Of a stretch of 35,518 bases of DNA, positions 1-10,266 are shown in pieces; within the stretch, counting starts at the first letter, position 1; each line of letters starts with the position of its first letter. Under the pieces are notes generated by a model. The model had not been told where the DNA came from and did no database searches. It worked only from the letters and a program-made list of their open reading frames with translations. Source of the stretch: a virus (Duplodnaviria; Caudoviricetes); the IMG/VR virus record IMGVR_UViG_3300028588_000060, positions 1 to 35,518 of that record. One strand, written 5' to 3'. A program made the translations under genes and the position numbers.

Positions 1-198
1 GCGATGCAGCGGCGCCAACTCGAAAACCGATGCCGGGACATGGTCGTGAAGATGCACGACGGTCTCGGCGATTATCTTGGGACAGATTACGATGCTGAAC
101 GAGACGCAGGAATTACGGGCGCTCGAGCAGGAACTGATCGGAATAACCAGCGGCGGCGTCCTCGCAAACGCGAAGACGATATGGGGGCAGCAGCTTGA
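1..198 (+). CDS. 3' end of probable terminase small subunit (partial)
   Basis: Open frame from window start to TGA at 198, overlapping the terL start as Nu1/A do in lambda; positional call only. Confidence 0.55.
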   Translation, partial: AMQRRQLENRCRDMVVKMHDGLGDYLGTDYDAERDAGITGARAGTDRNNQRRRPRKREDDMGAAA

Positions 199-2191
199 CG
201 CGCTGCGGCCGTCGTCGGACATCAGCACGCACGAGGTCGCGGTCAAATACCGGATCATCAAGACCGACGGCGGCGGCGAGGTCCCGTACAACCACTCGCT
301 GACGCCCCATCTAAAAGAGGTCCACGACGCCTGCGATGATCCGACGAAGCGGATCGTGGCGATCAAGGGCCCGGCCCGATCCGGCAAGACCATCGCGTTC
401 GAGAACCACCTGCTGAAAGTCGGGATGTTCGGCCCGAGCCGCAACATGCTCTGGTACATGCACAGCGAACCGGACGTCCGCCGGTATGTCGACGAGCGCG
501 TCGACTTCTTCCTGCGCGCGCACGGCGAGCTCTGGGAAAAGCGCGATCGCGCCAAGGTGCCGAAGTGGAACCTGCGGCGCGTCGACGGCGGCCTCTGGGA
601 ATGGCTCGCCGCGAATCCGTCCACGACGCGCGCGCGCTCGGCATCGCTGATCGTCGGCGACGAAATCGACGCCATGCGGCAGGCGATCCGCGACGCGATC
701 ATAACCCTGATGCGCAACCGCCAACGCGAATACGGTTCGCAGGCGAAGATTCTGGTCGCATCTCACCCCGATGCCGGCCCGCTGTTCGGGATCGACGCGA
801 TCCTCGTCGACTCGGATATGCGGGTGCGGATGGGCATCTGCCCGAATTGCGCACATCTGGTAGGCGCCGCGCGCGAGGTCACACCCGATCGCCGCATGGT
901 CTGGAACATGGCGGAACTGATGAAGCAGGGGGAGGACATGCCGCGCGACGAGCTCTTGGACTTCATCGCCGAAGCGATCCGGTTGATCTGCCCGCATTGC
1001 AAACTGCCGATCACGAACGACGAGCGGCTGGAGATGCGCCACACCGCGAAGTGGATGGGGCTCGGCCAGACGATCGCGCCCGACGAGACGATCATCGGCG
1101 ACCTGACGCCGAAGGAGATCGCCGGCTTCGTCTTCCACGCAATCGACGCGCCGTTCGATAGCGTCGCCGAGCTCGCGCGGCAGTGGGCGGACGCGAAGCT
1201 GGTCAAGGACGAGACCGGCAGCACTGCCAAGCTGAAGGAGGTTACGGTCAAGACGATCGGCGAGACGTACATCGAGGACGAGGCGGGATCGAAGGTTCGC
1301 CAGCTGCTCGAGACGAAGGTGCGCCTGATCGACACGGGTTACTCGATGGGCACGGTGCCGCGCGGCGTCGACTTCCTGACCGGGTTCATCGACGTCCAGG
1401 GCAACCGCTTCGAACCGGTCGTGATTGGCTGGAGCGGCCGCACCGCCGAATCGTGGCTGATCGATCGCTATTCGGCGATGCAGATGGAGGGCTTCTCCGA
1501 CATCCGCCCGGGCCTGCGCCTGGCAGATTGGGACATCATCGAGCAGATCCTGAACCAGACGTACCCGCTGAACGACGGCAGTGGCCACGTGCTCGGCATC
1601 GCCACGATGGGCGTCGACACCGGCGGCGTTCCGGGCGTGACCGACAACGCGCGGCGCTGGGCGGCAAATCTGTTCTCCCGGGCGAAAGACCCGATCCCCG
1701 CCTGGCGCATCCGGCTGCTGATGGGCGACGCGCACACGAAGGGCGACTTCGTCGGTGCGCCGCGCACGATCAAGGCGGACAAGGCGGGCCGCGAATATCC
1801 GGTCCCCGTGCTCGAGCGCACCACGAACGTGACCGAGCTCAAGAAGATCATCGCGAACCGCATGGACATCGCCGAGCCGGGCCCGCTGCGCATGCACCTG
1901 CCGGTCGACGTCACCGACGCCCATGTCCGCGAGCTCATCTCTGCCACGTTGATCAACGGCAAGTGGTACGAGAAGGGGCGCAATGAGCTCTGGGATGGCT
2001 GGGTCGGCGCGGAGGTCTGCCGGCAGCTGATGGCCCCGGAAAACCGGGACATCGATTGGGAGAAGAACAAGCCGATCTGGGCACAGCCGTTCCTGCCATC
2101 GCAGGATCCCGCCGGCAGTGGTATGGCGGCGCCACCGGACGATTTCTACGACCGGTTGAGGAACTTCAACAAGGGACGCGGCAGGCGATGA
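92..2191 (+). CDS. terL: Terminase large subunit, lambda GpA family
   Basis: Walker A GPARSGKT, Walker B IVGDEID, CPNC/CPHC pair, nuclease-region IDVQ and VDTGG motifs, RNELWD near C-terminus; alternative start TTG 77. Confidence 0.93.
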   Translation: MLNETQELRALEQELIGITSGGVLANAKTIWGQQLDALRPSSDISTHEVAVKYRIIKTDGGGEVPYNHSLTPHLKEVHDACDDPTKRIVAIKGPARSGKTIAFENHLLKVGMFGPSRNMLWYMHSEPDVRRYVDERVDFFLRAHGELWEKRDRAKVPKWNLRRVDGGLWEWLAANPSTTRARSASLIVGDEIDAMRQAIRDAIITLMRNRQREYGSQAKILVASHPDAGPLFGIDAILVDSDMRVRMGICPNCAHLVGAAREVTPDRRMVWNMAELMKQGEDMPRDELLDFIAEAIRLICPHCKLPITNDERLEMRHTAKWMGLGQTIAPDETIIGDLTPKEIAGFVFHAIDAPFDSVAELARQWADAKLVKDETGSTAKLKEVTVKTIGETYIEDEAGSKVRQLLETKVRLIDTGYSMGTVPRGVDFLTGFIDVQGNRFEPVVIGWSGRTAESWLIDRYSAMQMEGFSDIRPGLRLADWDIIEQILNQTYPLNDGSGHVLGIATMGVDTGGVPGVTDNARRWAANLFSRAKDPIPAWRIRLLMGDAHTKGDFVGAPRTIKADKAGREYPVPVLERTTNVTELKKIIANRMDIAEPGPLRMHLPVDVTDAHVRELISATLINGKWYEKGRNELWDGWVGAEVCRQLMAPENRDIDWEKNKPIWAQPFLPSQDPAGSGMAAPPDDFYDRLRNFNKGRGRR

Positions 2192-2463
2192 GTAGCATCC
2201 TCTATGGGCACCTGACCGACGACGAGCTCGCGGCGAAGATCGTGGAGCTCTCGGCAAAGTACGAGACCGCGATTAGCGGCGGCGTCGCCACCGTCGTGGC
2301 CGGTCAGGGGCGTCGGATCGAATATACCAGGGCGAACGCCGACGGGCTCAAGGGGCTGCTGACCGATGCCACCCGCGAGCGTGACGGCCGCGCCGGCGCT
2401 CAGATCGGCGGCGCCCTCCCGATCACCTTCCCCTACGGCGGAGATTTCTACAATGGTTTCTAA
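2188..2463 (+). CDS. Head-to-tail joining protein, gpW-like
   Basis: ATGA overlap with terL stop; 91 aa with GRRIEYTRAN motif; lies between terL and portal as in lambda. Confidence 0.8.
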   Translation: MSSILYGHLTDDELAAKIVELSAKYETAISGGVATVVAGQGRRIEYTRANADGLKGLLTDATRERDGRAGAQIGGALPITFPYGGDFYNGF

Positions 2464-4195
2464 GCGCACGCGGAAGCCCGCACCCGCTGCCCCGTCGCCG
2501 GTGGCATCGTCGATCGTCACCAGCAAGATGCCCGTCACCGGCGACAGCGACTTTGGCTGGGCGAAGGGCGGGCCGTACATGCCGCGCGCTGGCACCGCGT
2601 ATCGCGATGCGGCGCCGACGGTGAATGCCGGTCGCGGTGTATCGTTCCGGCTGACCAGCGCGAACAAGGACATCATTCGCGAGCGCCGGCAGGCGGTGGT
2701 CAACGCGCGCGAGGTCGATCGCAACAACGCGATGATCCACGCGGGGATCAGCAAGCGCGCGGTCGACATGGTCGGCCCGGCGCTGCGCCTGATGTCGATG
2801 CCGAACTTCGAAGCGCTGGGCCTGACTGACGAGTGGGCGCAGGGCTTCGCGAACGAGTGGGAGAACCAGTTTTCGCTGTTCGGCGACGCGCCCCGCAAGC
2901 TGTACGACGCGGCGCGGCACGACACGTTCGGCGCGCAGATGCTGAGCACGGTGCGCAACACCTATGGCGCGGACGGCGAGGCGGCGTTGATCGTGCGCTA
3001 CAGCGAAGAGCGCATGAGGCGGTACCGCGGGCGGTTCGCCACCTTCGTCGAGCAGCTGGATCCCGATCGCATCACGAATAACGACGGCAGGCAGGACAGC
3101 GAGACGTTGTGCCAGGGCCGCGTGCTCGACGAGTGGGGCGCGTACACCGGCTTCCATGTTGAGACGCGCCATCCAAGCGATCCGCTGGGCAAGAAGAAGT
3201 GGGAGTTCATTCCGCGCGAGACGGACCGCGGCCGCCCGATCGGGATCCACTGGTTCCCGAAATTCCGCGCCGGTGCACAGCGCGCGATGCCGGCGATCAT
3301 CGGTGCGCTGCGCGAAGTGCGGATGCTCGACACCTTCGACCAGAAGACGCTCGAGCAGGCGGTGAAAGCCGCGTTCATGTCGATCTACATCAAGACCGAC
3401 GCGACCGCCGCCGAGGCGTTGTCGAAGCTTCAGGTCGCCGCGCCATCCGGCAAGGGCGCCGCCGCCGATCTGATCAAGATGCAGGACGCCCGGTTCGGCC
3501 TGTACGAAGATCTCAACGTCGAAGGCCAGTCGCTGCCGATGTTGGCGATGGGCGACGAGATCGGGATCGCCGAGGCGACGCACGCGCGCAACGATACCGA
3601 CAGCTTCCGCTTCGCGTTCGACCGCAAGTTCGCATCGCTGCTCGGCCTGTCCTATGCGCGCTTCTCCAACGACTATTCGAAGACGAGCTTCGCCAGCATC
3701 CGCGCCGAGCTCATCGACGCGTGGCGTCTCACCTATTGCGATCGGTACCAGTTCTGCGAATCGGTGCCGTCGCAGATCGCGCTGGCGCATCTCGAGGAAT
3801 GCATCGTGCGGCGGAAGATCATCCTGCCGGCGAACGCGCCGTATTTCTACGATCACATGGAGGAATATGCGCAGTGCGAGTTCCGCGGCCCGGGCATGGG
3901 CTGGGTCGATCCGGTGAAGGACGTCACCGGCGCCAGCATCCGCGTGTCGACCGGCTTCTCGAATCCCCAGGCTGAGGCGGCGTCGCAGGGCACCGACTTT
4001 TACGACAACATCGATGCGACGAAGCGTGCGATGGCCTATGCAAAGCGCGCCGGCGTCAAGGTGACGTACGGCCAGGCAAACCAGCAGCAGCAGCCTGACG
4101 AGAACGCCGATGACAATGTCGACGAGAACGGCAACCCCGTCGAGCCGCCATCGGGCAAGCTCCCCGCACCCGCACCTCAGAAGGAAGACGCATGA
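2453..4195 (+). CDS. Portal protein, lambda gpB family
   Basis: GGAGA RBS before ATG 2453; AREVDRNN, DYSKTSFASIRA, GPGMGWVDPVKD motifs. Confidence 0.92.
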   Translation: MVSKRTRKPAPAAPSPVASSIVTSKMPVTGDSDFGWAKGGPYMPRAGTAYRDAAPTVNAGRGVSFRLTSANKDIIRERRQAVVNAREVDRNNAMIHAGISKRAVDMVGPALRLMSMPNFEALGLTDEWAQGFANEWENQFSLFGDAPRKLYDAARHDTFGAQMLSTVRNTYGADGEAALIVRYSEERMRRYRGRFATFVEQLDPDRITNNDGRQDSETLCQGRVLDEWGAYTGFHVETRHPSDPLGKKKWEFIPRETDRGRPIGIHWFPKFRAGAQRAMPAIIGALREVRMLDTFDQKTLEQAVKAAFMSIYIKTDATAAEALSKLQVAAPSGKGAAADLIKMQDARFGLYEDLNVEGQSLPMLAMGDEIGIAEATHARNDTDSFRFAFDRKFASLLGLSYARFSNDYSKTSFASIRAELIDAWRLTYCDRYQFCESVPSQIALAHLEECIVRRKIILPANAPYFYDHMEEYAQCEFRGPGMGWVDPVKDVTGASIRVSTGFSNPQAEAASQGTDFYDNIDATKRAMAYAKRAGVKVTYGQANQQQQPDENADDNVDENGNPVEPPSGKLPAPAPQKEDA

Positions 4196-5118
4196 CGCAA
4201 ACCCGTTCTCTCGCCCGCGTGACGCAGCAGATCCTGAACCGACCGCTGCTGACCACCCCGCGCCACGCCAGCCTGATCCTGTCCGCGCTGCGCTCCGAAT
4301 TGAACTTCGCGCTCGTCCACCAAGTCGACGGCACAAGCCTCGATCGCGCGGCGATGGAGACGTTCGCTGCGGAAGGCCGTGCGGCGGCGGACAACCGGAG
4401 GGGCACAAACGCTAATCGGGATCGGAACCGCAAGGTCTTCGACGAACAATTCGGCATTGCGGTCATCCCGATCAGCGGGACGCTTATGAAGAATTGGGGA
4501 TTGGAACCGTACAGCGGCAGCACCGGATACGATGGCATCAAGACCAAGCTGATGGCCGCGATGGACGATCCCGACGTCTCGGCGATCTACCTCGACATCG
4601 ATAGCCCGGGCGGCGTCGTCGCAGGCTGCATGGATCTTGCCGATCTCATCTTTGCCTGCAACGCCAAGAACGGCGGCAAGCCAATCTGGGCGATCGCGAA
4701 CGAACAGATGTGCTCGGCCGCGTTCGCGCTGGGGTGCAGCGCCGACAAGGTGTTCGCGCCGCGCACCGCGGAGGTAGGATCCGTCGGTGTGCTCTGGCTC
4801 TACACCAACGTGCAGGACGCGCTGGCCGAAGCGGGCATCCGCGTCCGCATCTTCCGCGCCGGCAAGTTCAAGGCGATGGGCAACGCCTATGAGGACATGG
4901 ACAAGGACACTGCGGATCGCATTCAGGCTGAGCTTGACGAGATGCGCGAGATCTTCGTCGAGACAGTTGCGCGCGGCCGCGGCATGTCGAAAAAAGCAGT
5001 TCGCGATACCGAAGCCTTGACGTATATGGGCGCGCACGCACGGGACGCGAAATTCGCCACAGAAGTAGCGTCCGACGATCAGGTCTGGGCGCAGATGGTT
5101 CAGCGGTATGGCCGCTAG
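4192..5118 (+). CDS. Prohead protease, peptidase S49 (gpC-like)
   Basis: LDIDSPGG, CSAAF, VGSVGV, AGKFKA motifs; ATGA overlap with portal. Confidence 0.92.
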   Translation: MTQTRSLARVTQQILNRPLLTTPRHASLILSALRSELNFALVHQVDGTSLDRAAMETFAAEGRAAADNRRGTNANRDRNRKVFDEQFGIAVIPISGTLMKNWGLEPYSGSTGYDGIKTKLMAAMDDPDVSAIYLDIDSPGGVVAGCMDLADLIFACNAKNGGKPIWAIANEQMCSAAFALGCSADKVFAPRTAEVGSVGVLWLYTNVQDALAEAGIRVRIFRAGKFKAMGNAYEDMDKDTADRIQAELDEMREIFVETVARGRGMSKKAVRDTEALTYMGAHARDAKFATEVASDDQVWAQMVQRYGR

Positions 5119-5129
5119 TGGGAGCGAAT

Positions 5130-5705
5130 ATGTCCAAAACTTTCAGTTCAGTCCGTGCGTTGTTTGCCGGTGCGCCGCTCGCGGCTCCCGTCGAGGACGA
5201 CACCACCGCAAACGATGATGGCGCGCAGGGCGGTGCCGCCCCCGCACCCAAGGCCGGGCCGACGGTAGCCCAGGTCGAGCAGGCCACGGCCACCGAAGTC
5301 GCTGCAGCAGTCACCGCATCGAACGCCCGCTGGAATACCGTGATGACCAGCGACGCCGGCGCGGCGAGCCCGAAGGCCGCAGCCCGGTTGCTGATGGCCG
5401 GCGGTGGTTCGATGTCGGCCGACGAAGTCGTGGCCACGCTCGGCGACATGGCACCGGCCGCCGCCGCCAATGCGGCCAACGCCGCGGATGCGGCCAATGC
5501 CGCCCAGCTGGACGCCGATCGCGATGCGCTTGCCAGTGATCCGGCCGTCAACAAGAAGACAGGCGGCGCGGGCGGAAGCCCCTCGCAGCGCAAGGGCGAA
5601 GGCGACGATGGCGCCAACGCCACCGTTAAGAACAACCGCGAGAAGCGCGCCACGCGTCTCAACAAGGCGGCCGAGGCCAAGGGCGGCAAGCGCGCGAACG
5701 CGTAA
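5130..5705 (+). CDS. Probable capsid scaffolding protein
   Basis: Ala-rich helical/low-complexity protein between protease and decoration protein; GGAG RBS before ATG 5130 (alternative GTG 5118). Confidence 0.6.
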   Translation: MSKTFSSVRALFAGAPLAAPVEDDTTANDDGAQGGAAPAPKAGPTVAQVEQATATEVAAAVTASNARWNTVMTSDAGAASPKAAARLLMAGGGSMSADEVVATLGDMAPAAAANAANAADAANAAQLDADRDALASDPAVNKKTGGAGGSPSQRKGEGDDGANATVKNNREKRATRLNKAAEAKGGKRANA

Positions 5706-5743
5706 TCGTTCGCAATTCCGATCGTCGGGTAAGGAGAAAGTAA

Positions 5744-6148
5744 GTGGCAAAGATCAAGAATTTCACCCGCGCGCAGAATGCGGAGGCCATCATCAATGAA
5801 GGCAACGCACTCATCTCGCGGGACCAGGTGCTTCTCGCGCCGAGCACGACGGGCTATCCGCCCAACTGCCTCGTCGCCAAGATCACCGGCGGCGCGAACA
5901 CCGGCCAGTGGGGTCGCTACGATCCCAACGGCACCAACGGCCTGAACGGCAAGCCGGCCTATCTGTTCGAAAGCCGCGGGCCGTCGACCGGCACGCAGCG
6001 CGCGGTGATTCTGTCGCGTAACGCGGAGCTCAACGGCAAGAAGCTGGATTGGAACGGTCTCACCGGTCCCCAGATCGCCGCCGCCGTCGCGTTGATGAAT
6101 GCGTTCGACGCCGCTACCAACACCGGCGGCGTTCGCGTCCGCTACTAA
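5744..6148 (+). CDS. Head decoration protein (lambda gpD-type position)
   Basis: TAAGGAG RBS; ISRDQV, YDPNGTNG, RNAELNG motifs; directly before capsid gene. Confidence 0.82.
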   Translation: MAKIKNFTRAQNAEAIINEGNALISRDQVLLAPSTTGYPPNCLVAKITGGANTGQWGRYDPNGTNGLNGKPAYLFESRGPSTGTQRAVILSRNAELNGKKLDWNGLTGPQIAAAVALMNAFDAATNTGGVRVRY

Positions 6149-6220
6149 GGCAACCACCAACAAACGAAATCTGACGGTTGCCGGGACTGGACGGCCGCAG
6201 TCGAGCAAGGGAATAGGGTA

Positions 6221-7261
6221 ATGCTCGCATACGACGTCTTCTCCGATAATGTATTTCAGGGGACTGAAATTCAGGAGGCCATCGGGAATATCGTTTATAT
6301 TCCGCAGATGCTGAACCAGATGGGCCTTTTCGAAGAAGAGCCCATCCAGACCACCACTGTCGGCGTCTACAAGAACAACGAGACGCTGGAATTCATTCCG
6401 ACGACCGAGCGCGGTTCGCCCCGCTCGCTGCCCGGCAAGGACGCTCGTCAGCTGATCCAGCTGTCGACGGTCAATCTGCGTCAGGAGGATCGCATCAACG
6501 CGATCGAGATGCAGAACCTCGTCAACGAGTTCATGCCGTTCGACACGGCGCTCGATAACGCGGACGCCGAGGTCGACAAGCGCATGCGCAAGCTGATGCG
6601 CAAGCTGGAATACACCCGCGAGTATCATCGCTTCGCGGCTCTCCAAGGCATCCTGCTGGATGCCGACGGCTCGATCATCGTCAACTTCTTCGAGGCGTTC
6701 GGCCTCACGCAGCCCGCCGCGATCGTGTTCGACTTCGCAAATGCGACCGACGGCAAGTTGCGCACGTACATCACGGCCAACGTCTTCCGTCCGATGATGC
6801 GCCAGCTGAACGCTCGCAAGTCGCCGAGCACCCGGATCGGCGCGCTGTGCGGCGATGCCTTCTACGACAAGATGCTCGAGGCTCCCGAGATCCGTAAGTC
6901 GTACGAAGTCCAGCAAAACGGCGAGGATGCTCGCGAACAGAAGGCTTGGAAGAGCTTCTTCTTCGCAGGCGTCGAGTGGATCAACTTCCAGGGCACCGAC
7001 GACAACTCGTCGATCGCGGTTCCGACGAACACCTGCCGCTTCTTCCCGATCGGCGCGCAGGACGTGTTCAAGGAATACCGCTCGCCCGGCGAGGAATGGC
7101 GCGAGGTCAACCAGCTGGGCCGCGAGTTCTACCCGTATGTCGTGCCCGATCCGCGCGCGCCGAACTACATGGCGTTCGTCGATCTCTACCTCGACGCCCA
7201 TCCGCTGTTCGCGTGCATCGCACCGGACGTCCTGATGCGCGGGATCCTCGCCGGCTCGTAA
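6221..7261 (+). CDS. Major capsid protein, lambda gpE family
   Basis: 346 aa; GLFEEEPI, PTTERG, TREYHRFAALQGILLDADG, HPLFACIAPDVL motifs. Confidence 0.92.
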   Translation: MLAYDVFSDNVFQGTEIQEAIGNIVYIPQMLNQMGLFEEEPIQTTTVGVYKNNETLEFIPTTERGSPRSLPGKDARQLIQLSTVNLRQEDRINAIEMQNLVNEFMPFDTALDNADAEVDKRMRKLMRKLEYTREYHRFAALQGILLDADGSIIVNFFEAFGLTQPAAIVFDFANATDGKLRTYITANVFRPMMRQLNARKSPSTRIGALCGDAFYDKMLEAPEIRKSYEVQQNGEDAREQKAWKSFFFAGVEWINFQGTDDNSSIAVPTNTCRFFPIGAQDVFKEYRSPGEEWREVNQLGREFYPYVVPDPRAPNYMAFVDLYLDAHPLFACIAPDVLMRGILAGS

Positions 7262-7274
7262 AGCCGCTGAACCG

Positions 7275-7306
7275 GAAAGGGCCTCGATAGCATCGGGGCC
7301 CTTTTC
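7275..7306 (+). terminator. Intrinsic terminator after capsid gene
   Basis: AAAGGGCCTCGAT-AGC-ATCGGGGCCCTTT stem (one G.U pair) ending in TTTT. Confidence 0.7.
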
Positions 7307-7360
7307 TGCTATGACGCACGGGAACATCGCAACGCCGGCATCCGGCACAGGAGACGTAGA

Positions 7361-7861
7361 ATGAAGAAGGTTCGGATGAAGGTGCTCAAGACCTTCACGC
7401 GCAATCTCGGCGGGCAGATCCTCGCCGGCAACCCCAAGCATCCCGACGAGGAAGGTCGCATCCTGCACGTGACAGAAGCAGTCGCGACGATCCTCGAGGA
7501 CGATGGGGAAGCCAAGCGCTACTCGCTCAAGGATGAGGCTCGCGAAGAGCTCGAGGGCGAGCAAGACGGCGAGCACGAAGAAGACGATGGCGATGCCGAC
7601 GACGGCGCGGACGATGGCACCACCGACGTCGAAGCCGCGGACACGACCGGCACCGGCGGCAAGAAGTCGGCGCAGAAAACCCGCGAGAAGCGCGTCGCGG
7701 CCGCCAAGCCTGCTACCCGCCGCCGCAAGGCAACGGCCCCCGTCGGCGGCAACGAGACGACGGCAACGACCAATCACGGGTCGACGTCGACGGACGGCAC
7801 CGGGCAGACGTCGGACACGAACACCGGCGCAAACTCGACGCCGAGCGACGAAGCCCCCTAA
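7361..7861 (+). CDS. Hypothetical phage protein with disordered acidic then basic tail (gpFI position)
   Basis: AGGAG RBS; stop abuts next ATG. Confidence 0.7.
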   Translation: MKKVRMKVLKTFTRNLGGQILAGNPKHPDEEGRILHVTEAVATILEDDGEAKRYSLKDEAREELEGEQDGEHEEDDGDADDGADDGTTDVEAADTTGTGGKKSAQKTREKRVAAAKPATRRRKATAPVGGNETTATTNHGSTSTDGTGQTSDTNTGANSTPSDEAP

Positions 7862-8185
7862 ATGCCGACGCCGTTCGAAACGCTTCGGACCGACATGGAC
7901 GCCCAGGTGGAAAATCACCTGGGCGATTCCATTTCCTACAAGGTCGCAGGCTCTGACCCGACCGCACCCCCGACGATCATGCTCGGCTTTCTCGAGCTCA
8001 TGATCGACGATGTCGACGCAATTCGCCGTATATGGCAGCTGCAGATCAGCCGCCGCTATCTCCCGAACGGCCCGAAGCGTGGTGACGTGCTGACTAACCC
8101 GCGGCTTGCCGGATTGTATAAGCCGTCGCAGGATACGCCGACGCTCGATGGCGATGCGTGGTTGTTCATAATCCAGAAGGCTTGA
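7862..8185 (+). CDS. Head-tail joining protein (gpFII-like)
   Basis: 107 aa, PKRGDVL motif, synteny. Confidence 0.65.
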   Translation: MPTPFETLRTDMDAQVENHLGDSISYKVAGSDPTAPPTIMLGFLELMIDDVDAIRRIWQLQISRRYLPNGPKRGDVLTNPRLAGLYKPSQDTPTLDGDAWLFIIQKA

Positions 8186-8189
8186 GCCT

Positions 8190-8708
8190 ATGCCGATGCC
8201 GTTTATCCCGGTCGCGATCGCGCTCAAGCAGGAGCTCGCGGCGAACCTGCCGGCACCGATCAAGGTCCGCCACCACCGTCACCGTGAGAGCACCAGCGAC
8301 GAGCTCCCGTGCGTCGCCATCCGCATCATGAGCAACGACCCGTCGGATCAGGGGCGGGAGACGACGGCATCTGGTCTGCCCGAGCAGGTGATGGAACTGG
8401 CGGTCGACATCGTGATCGACATGGACCTCGCCGCGGAGGTCGATGCACCGGGCGACGATGATAGCGAGGATCCAACCGGCTACGGCGGCCCGGCCGCGAT
8501 CATGGCGCAGATCCTCGACATCCTGTTCCCGGGGATCGATGACGGCGACACGAACACGCTGGGCGGCACGACCTGGTTGATCCGATACGATGGCACCGCG
8601 CCGAACGAGGCCGAAGCAGAGCCCGACTATGCAAGAATGGAAGAGCGACTCGTTCTTTCCTATCGTGTAAGAGCCGACCGTCCCACCGAACTGCTATTGG
8701 GGAGTTGA
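8190..8708 (+). CDS. Probable tail terminator protein (gpU-like)
   Basis: DELPCVAI, NTLGG, LSYR pattern; precedes tail tube gene. Confidence 0.6.
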   Translation: MPMPFIPVAIALKQELAANLPAPIKVRHHRHRESTSDELPCVAIRIMSNDPSDQGRETTASGLPEQVMELAVDIVIDMDLAAEVDAPGDDDSEDPTGYGGPAAIMAQILDILFPGIDDGDTNTLGGTTWLIRYDGTAPNEAEAEPDYARMEERLVLSYRVRADRPTELLLGS

Positions 8709-8710
8709 AA

Positions 8711-9031
8711 ATGGCCAAGACCACCACCGACGAAAGCACTGCACCGGGCAGCTTCGCCCCTGTGCCGTTGCTTTCGAATAGTTACAATTTCCAGGATCTG
8801 CTGAAAGCCAGCGATCACGTCGACACGCTTAAGAGTGATGAAGGCCGATCGAAGGCGCTCGGCGACATCGCCACGAAGTCGGCGAGCCTGCAGGACGTCA
8901 TCGCGGGCATCGACGCCCCCGCCGTCCCCGAAGGCTCGCGGATGGAAGAGACCGAGGACTCGACTGGCCGCAAGGTCATGGGCGCGGTTGCGATCCCCGA
9001 TACGACGTCCGACGAACAGCCGGCGAAGTAA
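8711..9031 (+). CDS. Hypothetical acidic protein
   Basis: GGGGAG RBS, fills gap in tail operon. Confidence 0.65.
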   Translation: MAKTTTDESTAPGSFAPVPLLSNSYNFQDLLKASDHVDTLKSDEGRSKALGDIATKSASLQDVIAGIDAPAVPEGSRMEETEDSTGRKVMGAVAIPDTTSDEQPAK

Positions 9032-9072
9032 AACCCCGGCCACTCGGCCACTTTTGAAAGGACGTAGCCGTC

Positions 9073-10266
9073 ATGGCTGGTTTCAAGGAAAACATTGCCG
9101 CTCTGGGCGTCACCATTCAGCCGACGCCCGGCGTATATAACGAGCCCGGCCAGGCGGATCTCCTGCCCATCTCGGCACCGGACGATGGTTCGGACGCGAT
9201 CACGGGCGACGATCCCACGCTGACCGGCTCGATCTTCGCCGCGCCTCGTCAGTTTCTCGGTCGCCGCGGTCGCGCCGGCGCCACCGCGATCCTGCGCGGA
9301 CCTGGCGGCACGGCTCCCCCAGGCGCCGCTGCGTGGCCTCTGGCGCGCATCCTGCTCGGTGCGGGCTTCACCGAGCTCATCAACCCGACCGCAATCACCG
9401 GCACGGCGGCGGCAGGCGGTACGACGTCCTCGATCGTGATGGCGGCCGGTTCGTCGGCAATCGACGACTTCTACAACGGCATGCCGATCCAGCACGCCAA
9501 CATCGGCGGCGCGGGCACGATCCGCGGGACGTCGCTGATCCGCGACTATGACGGCGCCACGCGTCGGGCGACGCTGATGGAGACGCTGGCCACGGCTATC
9601 GCGACGGGCGGCTATATCATCCCGCCGTCGCTGACCTACGTGTTGTCGACCGGTGCGCAGATCCCGCTGCTGTCGTGCAAGGTCTGGCGCCACAAGAAGG
9701 CGCGCAAGTATCGGGACTGCGCAATCAGCAGCTTCGCGCTGAACATCCCGGTGTCGAACGACCAGAACACCGATCTGCCGTCGATCGAGTTCGCGATGGT
9801 CGGCGTGCCCGTGCCCGCGACCGACGAAACGACGCCGCTGATCTCGACGTCGCAGCTGCTGCCGCCGCCGCCGGCCAAGGCGGGCAAGTTCGCGTTCGCA
9901 GGCTTGAAGCTGGGCCACCAGACGATGCGCCTCGAGTTCGCGCTGGAGACCGGCGCGCCGCCGAACCAGAACTTCGACGCGGGCCAGGAAGGCTACGAGA
10001 TCATGTCGGGCACCCGCACGGTGAACCTCGACCTGAACGAGCAGCTGATGGCGTCGCTGGATCTGGACTCGCTGGTCGACACCCAGGCGTCGGTGCCGCT
10101 GCTGTCGGGCTGGGGCCAGAACGTCGGCAACCGCTTCCTCGCCGGCGTGCCGAATATGTTCCTCGACCCGTTCAACCCGGCGCCGCGTAATGGCTTCGTC
10201 GGCGTCAGCGGTACGGCCAGCCCGAGCGATGTCGATCGCTCTGTCGCATTGTCCGTGATCTACTGA
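9073..10266 (+). CDS. Major tail (tube) protein
   Basis: AAAGGA RBS; 397 aa beta-rich; lies between terminator protein and chaperone; followed by terminator. Confidence 0.72.
   Translation: MAGFKENIAALGVTIQPTPGVYNEPGQADLLPISAPDDGSDAITGDDPTLTGSIFAAPRQFLGRRGRAGATAILRGPGGTAPPGAAAWPLARILLGAGFTELINPTAITGTAAAGGTTSSIVMAAGSSAIDDFYNGMPIQHANIGGAGTIRGTSLIRDYDGATRRATLMETLATAIATGGYIIPPSLTYVLSTGAQIPLLSCKVWRHKKARKYRDCAISSFALNIPVSNDQNTDLPSIEFAMVGVPVPATDETTPLISTSQLLPPPPAKAGKFAFAGLKLGHQTMRLEFALETGAPPNQNFDAGQEGYEIMSGTRTVNLDLNEQLMASLDLDSLVDTQASVPLLSGWGQNVGNRFLAGVPNMFLDPFNPAPRNGFVGVSGTASPSDVDRSVALSVIY

Noticed and set aside
4082-4093. (CAG)4 run in portal
   Set aside because: Short poly-Gln in a disordered tail; unremarkable
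5110-5135. Possible protease-scaffold fusion by readthrough
   Set aside because: Different frames, no slippery site, and the scaffold has its own RBS
6149-6202. Two small hairpins before the capsid gene
   Set aside because: Short stems (7 and 5 bp) with large loops; expected by chance at this GC
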